Positions 63,789-64,000 of a stretch of 64,000 nucleotides of DNA are shown one piece after another (the stretch's first letter is position 1; every line of letters starts with the position of its first letter). Origin of the DNA: a virus; the IMG/VR virus record IMGVR_UViG_3300020051_000004. One strand, given 5' to 3'. The translations under genes were made by a program, and so were the position numbers. The notes below the pieces were generated by a model that worked only from the letters and a program-made list of their open reading frames with translations, was not told where the DNA came from and did no database searches.

Positions 63789-64000
63789 AGATAGAAGCTA
63801 TTTTTTCAAACTTTCTGCTCAAAAAGTGTGTTGATTTAAACCCTCCAAGATAGAAAAAGTTTATAAAATCTTGATTATTTGTTGGCGAAAGCCACATGGA
63901 GATATAATAAGTCTGTTTTGTCCTTTTGTCAAGACGTGGATTTGAAACTTTCAATCCCGCTTCGACCAAAATTTCCCTGTACTTGTTTAGAAAACTGAGA
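63778..64000 (-). CDS. Probable C-terminus of a free-standing LAGLIDADG-type endonuclease, truncated by window edge
   Basis: Frame open to window end; FL......L, Y.I, F..FFY and FLSRK ending. Confidence 0.4.
   Translation of the reverse strand, partial: LSFLNKYREILVEAGLKVSNPRLDKRTKQTYYISMWLSPTNNQDFINFFYLGGFKSTHFLSRKFEKIASIYEQ

Noticed and set aside
1-64000. Stop-codon reassignment as in some large phages
   Set aside because: Long genes are intact in the standard code, and TAA, TAG and TGA all end tightly packed genes
1-64000. CRISPR array, tRNA genes, reverse transcriptase or diversity-generating retroelement
   Set aside because: No regularly spaced repeats, cloverleafs, RT motifs or template/variable repeat pair seen

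Overview
This 64-kb window is a segment of a large tailed dsDNA phage genome, probably siphovirus-like (2252-aa tape measure, no sheath gene seen), using the standard genetic code. Layout: (i) 1.1-10.2 kb, a minus-strand run of small early/accessory genes; (ii) 10.2-22.9 kb, an orphan tail-tube-like gene, methyltransferase, PhoH, homing endonucleases, a membrane-PAS protein, a phage sigma factor, an ERCC4 nuclease, intein-containing large terminase and portal; (iii) 22.9-26.1 kb, an inverted early-gene island carrying a TnpB-only IS200/IS605 element; (iv) 26.1-52.6 kb, head and tail morphogenesis genes interrupted by an intein-containing C5 methyltransferase, RNase HI and a ~430-nt highly structured non-coding region; (v) 52.6-64 kb, minus-strand genes including a Clp ATPase, a Mom-like protein, a DEDDh exonuclease and a DNA polymerase III alpha gene in two pieces joined by a natural split intein, with an antisense HNH gene between them. 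Best leads: the split-intein dnaE locus, a candidate late-expressed structured ncRNA next to rnhA, a GTGTAA late-promoter motif with a candidate cognate sigma factor, a membrane/PAS fusion resembling phage lysis-region proteins, and an unannotated stand-alone MbcA/ParS antitoxin-like domain. All calls come from reading motifs by eye; no database searches or folding programs were run.
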